Below, in pieces: positions 39,301-48,342 of a stretch of 64,000 nucleotides of DNA. The position numbers and the translations under genes were made by a program. The notes under the pieces were generated by a model. It made no database searches, had not been told where the DNA came from, and was given only the letters and a program-made list of their open reading frames with translations. The stretch spans positions 1-64,000 of IMG/VR virus record IMGVR_UViG_3300021178_000001; one strand, written 5' to 3'. This DNA comes from a virus. Each line of letters begins with the position of its first letter. The first letter of the stretch is position 1.

Positions 39301-39743
39301 GCAACGCCAACGACGTCCTCGAGTTCGACACGTCTTTGTTTCGCGGGTTGGCGGGATACGAGTACTGGACCGGACTCACTAAGCTGGTGCACTCGACAGT
39401 TTACGGAGACGACTCAGACTTGACTTCGTTCGCCGGAGTCGGCGCCGCCGGAATCATATTCCGAATCTTGGCTCCCACCACGATCGACTTCCCAGTGTCC
39501 CTGCAAGTCGCTCTCAAAGAGGGATTCACGATCTCTGCCTTGGAGAACGAGATTCGCTCGGCCGTGACGGGTTACGTCAACTCGCTCGGCGTCGGAGAAG
39601 AAGTCGTGATCGAGGAGATCAGAGCTTCGGTCATCGCCATCGCGGGCATCGTGGACGTAGTTATTTTAGATCCCGTGGCCAACATCCCGACCGCGGACAA
39701 CGAGCTGGCTCGCGTAGCTGACTCAGCCATTCTGATAGGCTAA
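36327..39743 (+). CDS. Baseplate J-like wedge protein with large insertions
   Basis: G..L...A..YG+.R..A..ASG, PGSDGN+.AG, G.D.E.DD.LR.RI and C-terminal YVNSLGVGE.V. Confidence 0.88.
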   Translation: MPNLVLKSERQIQTSMLAVLIAQLGLNDINPASVIDILTQAAAQSDFAQYYQIAQVSRLADIESLSGTDLELKAFEYGIFRLTAQKASGSISILRPTGFVKVSTTFYAGFPAPIVGDSTINVNDASNVLIGSSGTLILGRGTNNEEQVTYSVAPVNNINYFTYTLNAPVTKNHSTSETIILRQGTDEFVLAGTIVVVPATGTSNEIQFATVNDETLLAGEAEVDNVEVIAVVPGSDGNIAAGSIFGTAAFPSPPFIGARATNAAKYTTGQDLEQDDDLRDRIKNAVQALTKGIKQAIQTAIVGLVDPISAKRVVSASIVLPIADVDAVKIYIDDGTGFEPSFNSQGFETVRANSTGGEQRLQLDQFPVVKAQVENNLFQPYDMSSGPLTLTYQVGTLIETVTFQTSDFDFPSIAQAEEVVVAINARSNLIEARTSEAGQKIVITAKADVNENIQILSGTANSILFFPTDRRDTLNLYMDDVKLSKDGATAILDSGNQAPYNLLAIGAYPHFLTFVVDGKTANPQTATINLADVAIPAAVTAIEVAAMINRDISGLTATPINTNTKVRLESNTKLTAASKIHVTGGDANNSLNGLNFSTTEVAGINGDYTFNRELGLIQLVVPMGVNQTATSGSLFTRAKLRAGNSEVYSPSNGQTLVISVDGGSNQTVTFDASFAGGQTAQYSAAFINARLLGATAVVRQVGFLNFLEIRTNTFDVSGSIVIRGSSTGNSTFAFPLDLTKTSDVPNKAYKVSEDAGPYAFAEGNSLVVVIDNDIVNNTFSVPLIQVRSVSGATSGSVFAASTLNNVFTLQNQIVGYAAAFQNGPNTTSGTVVTVSVLGGGIARYTFSAAPPSFVNFVVGDFAKLTGFTNVENNVNAIIVNKGVNYVDVANSIAINASSQAGTGLLSEKRIVAAYNQLTGQVTVGVAFTSTPGVGNSLMVIPSTTQNVVDYLNNTRITSISLKADIEGVSNDTLVQIASQSEGSDGYVQVTGGNANDVLEFDTSLFRGLAGYEYWTGLTKLVHSTVYGDDSDLTSFAGVGAAGIIFRILAPTTIDFPVSLQVALKEGFTISALENEIRSAVTGYVNSLGVGEEVVIEEIRASVIAIAGIVDVVILDPVANIPTADNELARVADSAILIG

Positions 39744-39753
39744 AAGGAGCTCC

Positions 39754-41082
39754 ATGGCTGACTCACTCAAGAAGATGCTCGACACGATTCCGCGCGTTTA
39801 CAACCCGGAATTCAACCCCGTCATCAACGCGTTCATAACCGCCATCGCGCAAGAAGACGACTTGATCTCGACTCAGATCGACAACGGCAAGGATCAAATA
39901 TTTATACGAACGGCTACGGGCCAGTACTTAAACAAGGCGGCTAACTCGCTCGGAGTGTCTCGTCCTCCGGCTCTCGGACTCGACGACCCCAACTTTCAAG
40001 AACTGGTTCCGAACTTGTCCCTGAAGCCCAAGCAAATCAAGAAGGCGTTCTACGACACCGCGGACGTCTTTTGGGGACCACTCTTCTCTAGAGCCAACGC
40101 CACGACTGCGAACTTTGCTCCCTACGACGTCTTGACCGGAGACGTTTTGTCCGTGATCGTGGACAACGGACCCGTGCAGAACATAAAGGCTCTGACGGGC
40201 GACATAGCGATCAACGGAGCGGCAACGGCCGAAGAGATCGTGAACGTGTTGAGTCGAGTCAAGGGAGCGACCGCTTCGGTCGTCGCCAACTCAGTCTCTG
40301 GGACCGAGCAAGTCAACCTTCGAACGAACACTCCCGGATCCGTCGGAACTGTGGAGTTCTTGACTTCTTCGATGGTGGGTCCGTCGAAGCTCGACTTCAT
40401 GATTCATTCCTACGACATCTTGGACTTACCTCAAAGAGTGTCGGTCTACAACTTGACCTCGCACGAGCTGGTCATCGAGATCCCGGCAATCGTTCCGGCG
40501 CTGAGACGCACTCTCAAGGGTTCGCACCACTTTCACGCCGACGGAACTCTGGAACCTCCAGAACCCACTTCCAACGGAATTTGGCAAGGCTCGTTCTTCT
40601 TTGATCCAACGGGGTCGCAGGGAGCGTTTACTCTGACGTCACAAAAGGCGACGCTGGAACAAACGCTGGATCGCGGTTCTGTGTACACCTCGATGACGGT
40701 GGACAGCTCGGCTTTGGTCGCCAACCCTTCCGGGATCTTCATGCTCAACTTTGGCTTTCAGAACCAAGAGGGACCGATCAGATATCGAGGAGTTCCGAAC
40801 TCAAACACGATTCTGATCGATCCCAGCTACGTCTTCAAGAACACTCACTTGTCGGGCGAGTCGTTCAACGTGCTGGCCAACCAGATCCCCTACACTCCGA
40901 GACGCAACGGACAAGACTTGGCTATATACCTAACGTCTCCGTCGAGCGCGAGGACGATCGTTCAGGGGATCTTGGACTCTTTGAAGGCAGCCGGAATCAT
41001 CATTCATTTCATAGTGTTGGCACCAAAATATAGGTACGTTTTAGACAATCCCTATTTGCCCGAGATCGAGCCTAGTCTTTAG
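39754..41082 (+). CDS. Baseplate wedge (I-like) protein
   Basis: FIRTATGQYL...A...GV.R N-terminal motif and LKAAGI C-terminal motif; follows J. Confidence 0.75.
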   Translation: MADSLKKMLDTIPRVYNPEFNPVINAFITAIAQEDDLISTQIDNGKDQIFIRTATGQYLNKAANSLGVSRPPALGLDDPNFQELVPNLSLKPKQIKKAFYDTADVFWGPLFSRANATTANFAPYDVLTGDVLSVIVDNGPVQNIKALTGDIAINGAATAEEIVNVLSRVKGATASVVANSVSGTEQVNLRTNTPGSVGTVEFLTSSMVGPSKLDFMIHSYDILDLPQRVSVYNLTSHELVIEIPAIVPALRRTLKGSHHFHADGTLEPPEPTSNGIWQGSFFFDPTGSQGAFTLTSQKATLEQTLDRGSVYTSMTVDSSALVANPSGIFMLNFGFQNQEGPIRYRGVPNSNTILIDPSYVFKNTHLSGESFNVLANQIPYTPRRNGQDLAIYLTSPSSARTIVQGILDSLKAAGIIIHFIVLAPKYRYVLDNPYLPEIEPSL

Positions 41083-41305
41083 CCCTCTCTTCTATTAACT
41101 TTATGTAGTTCTCATCTACGTAATCCGCAATCATATAATGGTCACGTTCGGGCCATAACTCTGTACCTTCAGACATACAGATCCCAGGTAGACAATAACG
41201 TACCCTGTATGCAGGTGTTCCGTTAGGAAACTGATGATGTCCCAGAATTACAATGGGGTCATTTGATCCAGGTATACAAACTATGTCCTTGGATTTAAAT
41301 TTCAT
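41072..41305 (-). CDS. Small hypothetical protein inserted at the baseplate gene end
   Basis: 77-aa ORF lying between two copies of the NPYLPEIEPS-coding sequence. Confidence 0.55.
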   Translation of the reverse strand: MKFKSKDIVCIPGSNDPIVILGHHQFPNGTPAYRVRYCLPGICMSEGTELWPERDHYMIADYVDENYIKLIEERAKD

Positions 41306-41307
41306 AC

Positions 41308-41343
41308 AACCCGTATCTCCCAGAGATCGAACCGAGCATTTAA
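41308..41343 (+). repeat. Orphan synonymous copy of the last 12 codons of gene 39754-41082
   Basis: AAC CCG TAT CTC CCA GAG ATC GAA CCG AGC ATT TAA (NPYLPEIEPSI*) versus 41047-41082 (NPYLPEIEPSL*). Confidence 0.9.
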
Positions 41344-41980
41344 GATTTTCGTGTCAGTTTCGTCAACATTGAATGAATCTCGTTGACTTGATTCTCAATG
41401 TGCTCTAACCGTAAACGTGTGTTGTCAACGGGATCATGGACAAATGATGGTAGTCTTTTCCATTCTTTGTCTTGTTTCACCACTGCGTGTCCTACAGACA
41501 TCACTAAAACTACGCTATTTTCTTTAAAATCACTGGTTAAATTTTCAAAAGTATGAACGGCTGGAAACCAAGTGAAATCGCCTTCGGAATTATTAGCTAA
41601 CTTCAATGAAAAATAATGATCATATTCAGTGTTCTTAATCATTTGTCTCCCTTCTTGTCTTTGCAATCTTCTACGCACTGGTTGTAAGCGACGGTGAATA
41701 TCAAGGCGCTCGCTATGAAAAGAAGTCCCGGAAATGGGCTCTCGAACAAATAAAAACTGAACATTATTATTCCAACCAAAGTTAAAAATAAAAACGAGAG
41801 CACTACTGTGGAAAGTACAGTAAAAATCGCCGCTTCAATCAAACATTCTTTCTTCATTTTGCTTTCCTCACGCTCGGGATCTCTCGGATCTCGTTCACGG
41901 TGTCTTTAGCAATCTCCACGATAACGAAGAACGCTATGAAACAAATCAGGGTAGCTATAAGTGCTTTAATTTGATACATT

Positions 41981-42478
41981 TTACCTCATTCCTTGCATCT
42001 GGTTGATGTAATAACTGCGTTCCATCTCATAAACTTGAGCTTGCGAGTCGTTGAACGAAGTCGGGTTCATTATGCTCTCCGGCCACTGACTCGACGCGAA
42101 GACGTTGGCGAAAGAGATCATGTTCGGGTCGTGGTTCAGGTTCAGCGAGCAGTGTCCTAGCTCATGGTACACCAGTTGCTCACGCCTCGACACGCTTATT
42201 TGCTGAAAGTACGCGGGATCGATCTGAACGTACCTCTCCCCGTTGTTCCACTTGACGCACTGCCCCGCCTCGGATTTCTGCAGCAGCGGAACGAAGTAGA
42301 CGGTGTAGTAGACCGAGACGTTGAACTCTTCCTCAAACTTGCTCACTAAGGACTCCATCGCCGGATCCACGTTTCGAACCATGGGCAAGTTGAGGTAGTC
42401 CGACGGGTACTGGATGTCGTCGACTTTCTTGGCGCAGCCGAACAACACCGACACGACTATTAGTGTAATGAACTTCAT
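41981..42478 (-). CDS. Lipoprotein zinc metallopeptidase
   Basis: Lipobox LFGC; HELGH....H and SIM Met-turn. Confidence 0.75.
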   Translation of the reverse strand: MKFITLIVVSVLFGCAKKVDDIQYPSDYLNLPMVRNVDPAMESLVSKFEEEFNVSVYYTVYFVPLLQKSEAGQCVKWNNGERYVQIDPAYFQQISVSRREQLVYHELGHCSLNLNHDPNMISFANVFASSQWPESIMNPTSFNDSQAQVYEMERSYYINQMQGMR

Positions 42479-43023
42479 GGCTTATGCTCGATCGTTCCGC
42501 CGCACGGACATATGTAGCGTCCAGAATCTTTGGTGGCTATCGAGTGCTGCTGTTTCTTGTGTCTAATCATGCTCAACTTAAAGTTGCGGTCGCAAGAGAC
42601 ACACTCGTAGTCGAATCGGCGTTGAACGGCTCTGAACGCCGAGACATCCATTTTGTGGTAAGTGTCGTCTGGAGCACCAAAGATCTTCATAATCGCTTTC
42701 CACTCAGGTCCGTGACCGCACTGCTTCTCGTACAACTGATTTGCCACGACGTGAGCCAACTCGTGAAGATATGTAGGAATCAACTCGTCGGGATTCACGG
42801 CCAAAAGTCGTGCATTTAAGTGAATTTTGGCGATCTTTGACCAAGCTTTGCCCGCGCAAGTTCTCAAACGTTCGGATAACTCCACTTGAACTCGGTCAAC
42901 TTTAGTGAAAACGGCGAGCGACTCATCGCAAGGAAAAGCTCTTCGAAGTCTCAGCATAGCACCTAAATGCGCCGCCTCGAGTTGAGGGATCAATTTTTTG
43001 CGTTTCAAAGTGATGACTTTCAT
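42475..43023 (-). CDS. sprT: SprT-family metalloprotease
   Basis: RLRTCAGKA, HELAH, HGPEWK and a C-terminal Cys knuckle. Confidence 0.85.
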   Translation of the reverse strand: MKVITLKRKKLIPQLEAAHLGAMLRLRRAFPCDESLAVFTKVDRVQVELSERLRTCAGKAWSKIAKIHLNARLLAVNPDELIPTYLHELAHVVANQLYEKQCGHGPEWKAIMKIFGAPDDTYHKMDVSAFRAVQRRFDYECVSCDRNFKLSMIRHKKQQHSIATKDSGRYICPCGGTIEHKP

Positions 43024-43490
43024 GGGAACCTCAAAGTTTTTTAATAAGTTTCAATGCGCCGATCTTCTTGGCGCATCCGCTGCCCAAAACGATCTCACAA
43101 GTGGCGGCGGGATCTTCCTTGATCTCTTCTACTGAAGAAGCCGCCGAGATGTAGATCGGATTGGCTGGGAAATGCTCTCGTTCGCAAACCTCGCACTGAA
43201 AGTTGGTGTTACCCATCTCCCAGCGACGAAGCGTGAGGCCTAGGCTCAGCATGTACTTGATTCGATATTCAATTTCGATTGCTTTGTTCACATAGTCCTC
43301 GTCCATTTGCCGTTTATTTTTTCAAACAGTTGTCCTTGGAATATCTTACATTCAGGTGGTGGTGTATAACCAAGTTGTATAATGGGAGCACCCAACTTTT
43401 GGCGTGCAACACAAAGAAAGTGAGCTGTAATTCTAGGGTCGGGTTCTAAGTTACCGTCGCAAATTGTACATCTCTTTTGGTTGCTCATAA

Positions 43491-43565
43491 TCACCTCAAA
43501 ATAAGTTTAAGAACGATTTTGATGGCTCGGTACCAAGTGTTTCGGTTCAAGTTAATGTTGCTCAT
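43491..43565 (-). CDS. 24-aa leaderless micro-ORF heading the third minus cassette (MSNINLNRNTWYRAIKIVLKLILR)
   Basis: TGG-TAAGAT-N6-ATG; its end supplies the GAGGT RBS of the next gene. Confidence 0.5.
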   Translation of the reverse strand: MSNINLNRNTWYRAIKIVLKLILR

Positions 43566-43770
43566 AGATCTATCTTACCATTGCTGGCTTAAAAGTACAG
43601 TTATTTGTTCTTCAATAAAATCCGTTAGTTATCTAATCAACCGAGGGAACTCTAGACGGTATATTCTCACATTTTGATCTATTACTGAGGAATATACCCC
43701 GTTAGAAGAGTTCGGGAACCAGGTGGATATAATTGGGTGTAGGTCTAAGACTCACTTCGGAGACTCCCCA

Positions 43771-46414
43771 ATTGATCCTCTCACGCTCAAAGCTTAATCC
43801 CCAGCAGCGCTTTGACCTCGAAGCCTACGTCGCCGAACAAGCCGCTTGCCGAGTCGACTCCAAGCTGTACGTTCAAAAGTTCCTCAGTTCTCAGAACCAC
43901 ATCTTGAACGGCTTCGCCGTCTCCGGCATAGGGCTCACCTCAGCCGTCGTGGGGATGGCGAACGCCGCCTTGATCGCACCGCAAAACTCGGTTGACTTCT
44001 CTTACTTCGTCTCGGCTCCCTCAGACCCAGACGTCACGATCGCCGCTTCGTCGCTCACGGTCAGTTCCCGCAACTATTTAGAAGCGAGTCTAGCCACTTT
44101 GGACGGAACCCCGATCGTCTCAGCGTTTTGGGACCCAGAAGCCAACGCTGGAAATGGCGCAGAGTTCAACCAAATCGTCAACACGATCACTGACCTAGAA
44201 GTTAAGTTCGTCGTTTTGACGGGTGGGTTCTCCGGAAGTCCCGACCGACTTCCCGTGGCGATCGTAGACGTGGACGGATCGGGAGTAATCAAACTCATCC
44301 TCGACCGCCGCGAGTTGTACGGCCGCCTCTCTAAGCCAGAGAACTTGGACAATTCCTACGCTTGGGGATCTAAAGTAGAGCCGGTTTACTCGCTCAACCT
44401 GACTTCAGAGTCTGGCACCTTCGTCTCGGGCGAGACTTTGACCATCGGCGGCGAGACCGCTACGGTCGTTTCAGGCGGCACGACCAACATCACCTTCAAC
44501 GCTCCCACGGGAATCAATTACTTCAACGGAAGTTCGGTTACGGGCGGAACTTCGGGAGCTACGGGCACAGTAAACACCGTCCTCGAGAGCTTTACCGGAG
44601 TAGACAAGAATCTCTACGCTCAAAAGGATATCAACGACGCTCTGGCGACCGAGCTCAAGACGATCAAGGACGTTCGTTTTTGGTGGCAAGACGTCGACTA
44701 CTCCTCGGACGTTCGAGGCGTTGAAAACGACCCCCTCGCTCGCCGAGTCGGAGTTCTGACCGACGCCGTCGGAGACGAGCAAGAAGATCGGTCGGGATAC
44801 CTCAGGTCCGACGACCCCGTCGCTTGGGACGGCAACTCGCTTTCCTTCACCGCCAACTTAGTTTTAGAGTTCGTCAACACCAAGAGCGGAACTCTCACTC
44901 AACACACCGTCCTTTTGGCCGGAAGTCCCATAGTTCTCAACAATTTAGAGTCCGCCTACGTCCTGATCAATCGATCTTCGACTTCTGAGAACGTCTCGGT
45001 CATTCGCTCCGGCACGACTCCTATTCCCGCTCAGTCTCAAAGCGAAAAAGACGTCTTCGTATTGTTCCGACGCCAAGACGCGGCGGCTGGCCACTTCCTC
45101 CACATCCCTTTCCACAAACAACTCTTGACTCCGGGATCTACGGTGCGTTTGGGCGCGACTGGAACGGGTGGAGGCGGAGGAGGTGGAGGCGGAACTTCAC
45201 CGTTGTTCGAGCAAGAAGTACCTTCTGGAACCGTAAACGGAGTCAACAACTCGTTCGCGCTGTCCCACACTCTGAAGACTAGTTCTGCGGCTGTAGTCTT
45301 GTTAGATACCTTGAAAGTGCCGGCTAGTCAAGTTTCGGTGACTGGAACTTCCGTAACTTTTTCTGGTTCGTCAACTCCTCAATTCGGTCAACGAGTCGAA
45401 GTTTTTTACATAGCCGACACCATAAACACACTCACCAGTTCGCAAGAAGTCCCCTCGGGAACTATCAACGGGTCCAACGCCACGTTTACTTTGGCTGGAA
45501 CTCCCCCCAACGCCGCGTCGATCTTGGTGTTCGTAGACGGCAAGAAAGCCAACGTCTCTGAGTGGAACTTGGTCGGAACGAACCAAATCGTCTTCACGGC
45601 TGGAAACATTCCGCAAGTCGGTCAGAGTTTGGAAGCGTTCTTCGTCCAAAGTTTAGGGACCACTTCGGTAGTTCAAGAAATTCCCTCCGGAACCGTAGAT
45701 GGCTCTAACGACACTTTCTCACTTTCGGTAAGTGCTCCCTACAAGAACGCTGCGGCAGTGTTCGTGGACGGGCGCAAGTCCGCTTTGGGCGACTGGAGTC
45801 TAATCTCCAGCGGCTCTGAAGTTAGGTTCGGGTCCGGATTCATTCCTCAACCCGGCCAGCGCGTAGAACTCTACTACTTCGTCGTCACGGGCGGAGGAGG
45901 CGGAAGCTCTGAGTCCCTCAACGACGCTTACCTCGTAGGCGCGACTATCACTACCACCTCGGGTGTTCCCTTCACGGTCGGCGGCGCGGCTTCCAAAGTA
46001 GCGGTCTTCAACGGCGACATCACGGTTACCGGCGTCATAGACCCCAAGGGACTAACTTTTGATCCCCAAGGTTCCACTCCGTTGACTGGATCTCAGAACG
46101 GGATTTGGGCGACTTCGGCCGGCGACTTGATCCATTCTCGTCCCAGCATGCCGGACGTGAACCTCACGCAAACGGCAGTTTCTAGCTACAAAGTCAACCG
46201 ATTCACGTTGTCTCCCACTGATATCACTAACGGATTCGTGACGCTGAGCGGAAATCCAGTTACAGTTTCCAGTACAATCTTAAATGTAATAGGCCTCGTT
46301 ACTCAAAGTTACGGGGACGATTTTACAGTCAGCGGCGCAACGCTGAGCTGGACCGGTTTAGGACTGGATGGAATTCTAAGTTCTGGAGACAAGTTAGTAG
46401 TTCAGTTTAGCTAA
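43771..46414 (+). CDS. Baseplate-attached tail fibre/adaptor protein
   Basis: Probable TTG start at 43771 after GGAG; QQRFDL N-terminus, Gly linkers and three ~78-aa repeats (QE+PSGT+.G.N..F.L). Confidence 0.75.
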
Positions 46415-46434
46415 TTAAAAAAAAAGAGTAAAAC

Positions 46435-48234
46435 ATGTCGCAACTCGTAACCAAAGGTATAACTAATCTCGCCGTCACAAACGCGAAGATCGCCAACGCA
46501 ACCATTGACTTGACTTCTAAAGTCACGAACCAACTCCCCATCGCCAACGGCGGTACCGGGCAGTCGACTGCAAACGCCGCTTTCGCCGCTCTCTCCCCAA
46601 TGACGACGGCCGGCGACATCATTTACGAGAACGCCACTCCGGCGCCGGCTCGTCTCCCGATCGGGTCCAACGGCCAAGTGCTCACGGTTTCTTCTGGACT
46701 CCCAGTTTGGTCCTCGGTCGCAGCCAGCGCCAACCAGCAGCTGAGCAACCTCTCCGGAACCGTAGCAGTAAACCTCAGCCTCAATCCGGGCGCCGACAAC
46801 AGCATCAACCTCGGTTCCAGCTCCTTCTCTTGGGCCGCAGCCAACATCCACGTGTTGAACGACTCCGCGGGCGGTTCTTCGGTAGACGTCTACAACCGCG
46901 TCTTGAAAGATTCTGCGGGCGCGACTCAACTTCAGTGGTCCACCTCGGGCGTCGAGATCAACTCGGCTAACCTGAACATGAACTCGCACCTCATCAACAA
47001 CCTCGCCAACGGCGTGGTGAGAAGCGACGCCATCAACTTGGGTCAACTCCAAGACATGGTCAACGGCCTCTCCTGGAAGACCGTGGTTCGGTCCGCCACT
47101 ACGGCGGCTCTTCCGGCCAACACTTACGCCAACGGTTCCTCGGGCGTCGGCGCTACCCTCACTGGAAACTCCAACGGAGCTCTCTCGGCTCAAGACGGCG
47201 TGACTCTGGTCCTCAACGACCGCTTGCTCGTCAAGAACGAAGCGGCAACCGCCAACAACGGCATCTACTACGTTTCTCAAGTCGGTTCCGGTGGAACTCC
47301 CTACATCTTGACTCGCGCCACGGACTCCGACACGTCGGCTAAACTGGTGTTCGAGGCCGTTCAAGTCGGAAGCGAAGCTTCCACTCAAGCCGGTTACTCT
47401 TACCGCGAGAGTGACCCGGCTCCGATTACCATCGGTACGACCAGCATCGACTACGTCAACTGGGCTACTGGAGTCGCCTACAACTTTAGGAACGGTCTCA
47501 GCGTCAGCGGAGCCAACGTGGACGTTGCTCCCGGCGACAACTCGCTGACCTCGACGGCTGGTTCCCTGATCGTTAAGGAAGATCCCGCGGGCGCGATCAT
47601 CACGGGCGCTTCCGGTATCAAAGTTCAGCTCGAGTCTTCGAACCCGTCGCTGCAAATTTCGAGCAACAAGCTCGGAGTCAAGTTCGACCCAGCTGGAGCT
47701 CTAGCTTCTGGAGCTGCTGGCGTAGCAGTTCAAGTGGACAACTCCACGATCGAGATCTCGTCCGACGCTCTCCGAGTCAAGGACGCCGGGATTACGCTCG
47801 CTAAACTCGCTTCGAACTCCGTGGACGAGAACAAGATCGTCTCGACGGCGCTCAGTTCGACCGGTGCCTTGAGCGGCGGTTCTGGAACCAAACTCGCGGT
47901 TAAAGTCGACGCCGCTACAGTCAAGATCAACGGTTCCGACAACCTCGAAGGTCTCAAGGGCAACGAGGAACACCCGACTCTTTCTTCAACCGACATCACG
48001 AACCAGTACTTCGACCTCGCTCACGCGGCTTACGGCGCCAGTGCTTCGGTGAACAGCATCTCGCTGAGCGCCGTCGGACTCTTGGAGCAGTCAAAGACTG
48101 TGGACTACACCGTGTCGCTCACGGGCGGTTCTGGCGGAGTCACGAGGATCACTTTCGCGGGCGACTTGGCGACGGGCGGCAACGCTGCTCTAGTCTCGGG
48201 AGACATTCTTCAGATCAAGTACGATTACCTCTAA
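46435..48234 (+). CDS. Tail fibre protein
   Basis: A/S/G/T-rich; LPIANGGTG and RLLVKNE....NGIY...LTRA.D fibre modules. Confidence 0.8.
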   Translation: MSQLVTKGITNLAVTNAKIANATIDLTSKVTNQLPIANGGTGQSTANAAFAALSPMTTAGDIIYENATPAPARLPIGSNGQVLTVSSGLPVWSSVAASANQQLSNLSGTVAVNLSLNPGADNSINLGSSSFSWAAANIHVLNDSAGGSSVDVYNRVLKDSAGATQLQWSTSGVEINSANLNMNSHLINNLANGVVRSDAINLGQLQDMVNGLSWKTVVRSATTAALPANTYANGSSGVGATLTGNSNGALSAQDGVTLVLNDRLLVKNEAATANNGIYYVSQVGSGGTPYILTRATDSDTSAKLVFEAVQVGSEASTQAGYSYRESDPAPITIGTTSIDYVNWATGVAYNFRNGLSVSGANVDVAPGDNSLTSTAGSLIVKEDPAGAIITGASGIKVQLESSNPSLQISSNKLGVKFDPAGALASGAAGVAVQVDNSTIEISSDALRVKDAGITLAKLASNSVDENKIVSTALSSTGALSGGSGTKLAVKVDAATVKINGSDNLEGLKGNEEHPTLSSTDITNQYFDLAHAAYGASASVNSISLSAVGLLEQSKTVDYTVSLTGGSGGVTRITFAGDLATGGNAALVSGDILQIKYDYL

Positions 48235-48342
48235 GAAACTAACAGTGGGGTGGGGAAGTAATTCTCCGCCCTTATAGACCGGCTGAAATGCCGAAGCTGC
48301 TCCGGATGGGGTGGTCTCGTGAGAGATCAAAAAGGAAAGTAA

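Noticed and set aside
18295-41082. Bacterial contractile injection system (tailocin/eCIS/T6SS)
   Set aside because: The context of replication, nucleotide-metabolism, sigma, lysis and neck genes with dense small ORFs indicates a phage genome.
46411-47655. Long antisense/overlapping ORFs (also 31109-31975, 4735-5490, 32701-33372, 38712-39392)
   Set aside because: These are shadows of strongly biased codon usage in the real genes and have no protein-like motifs.
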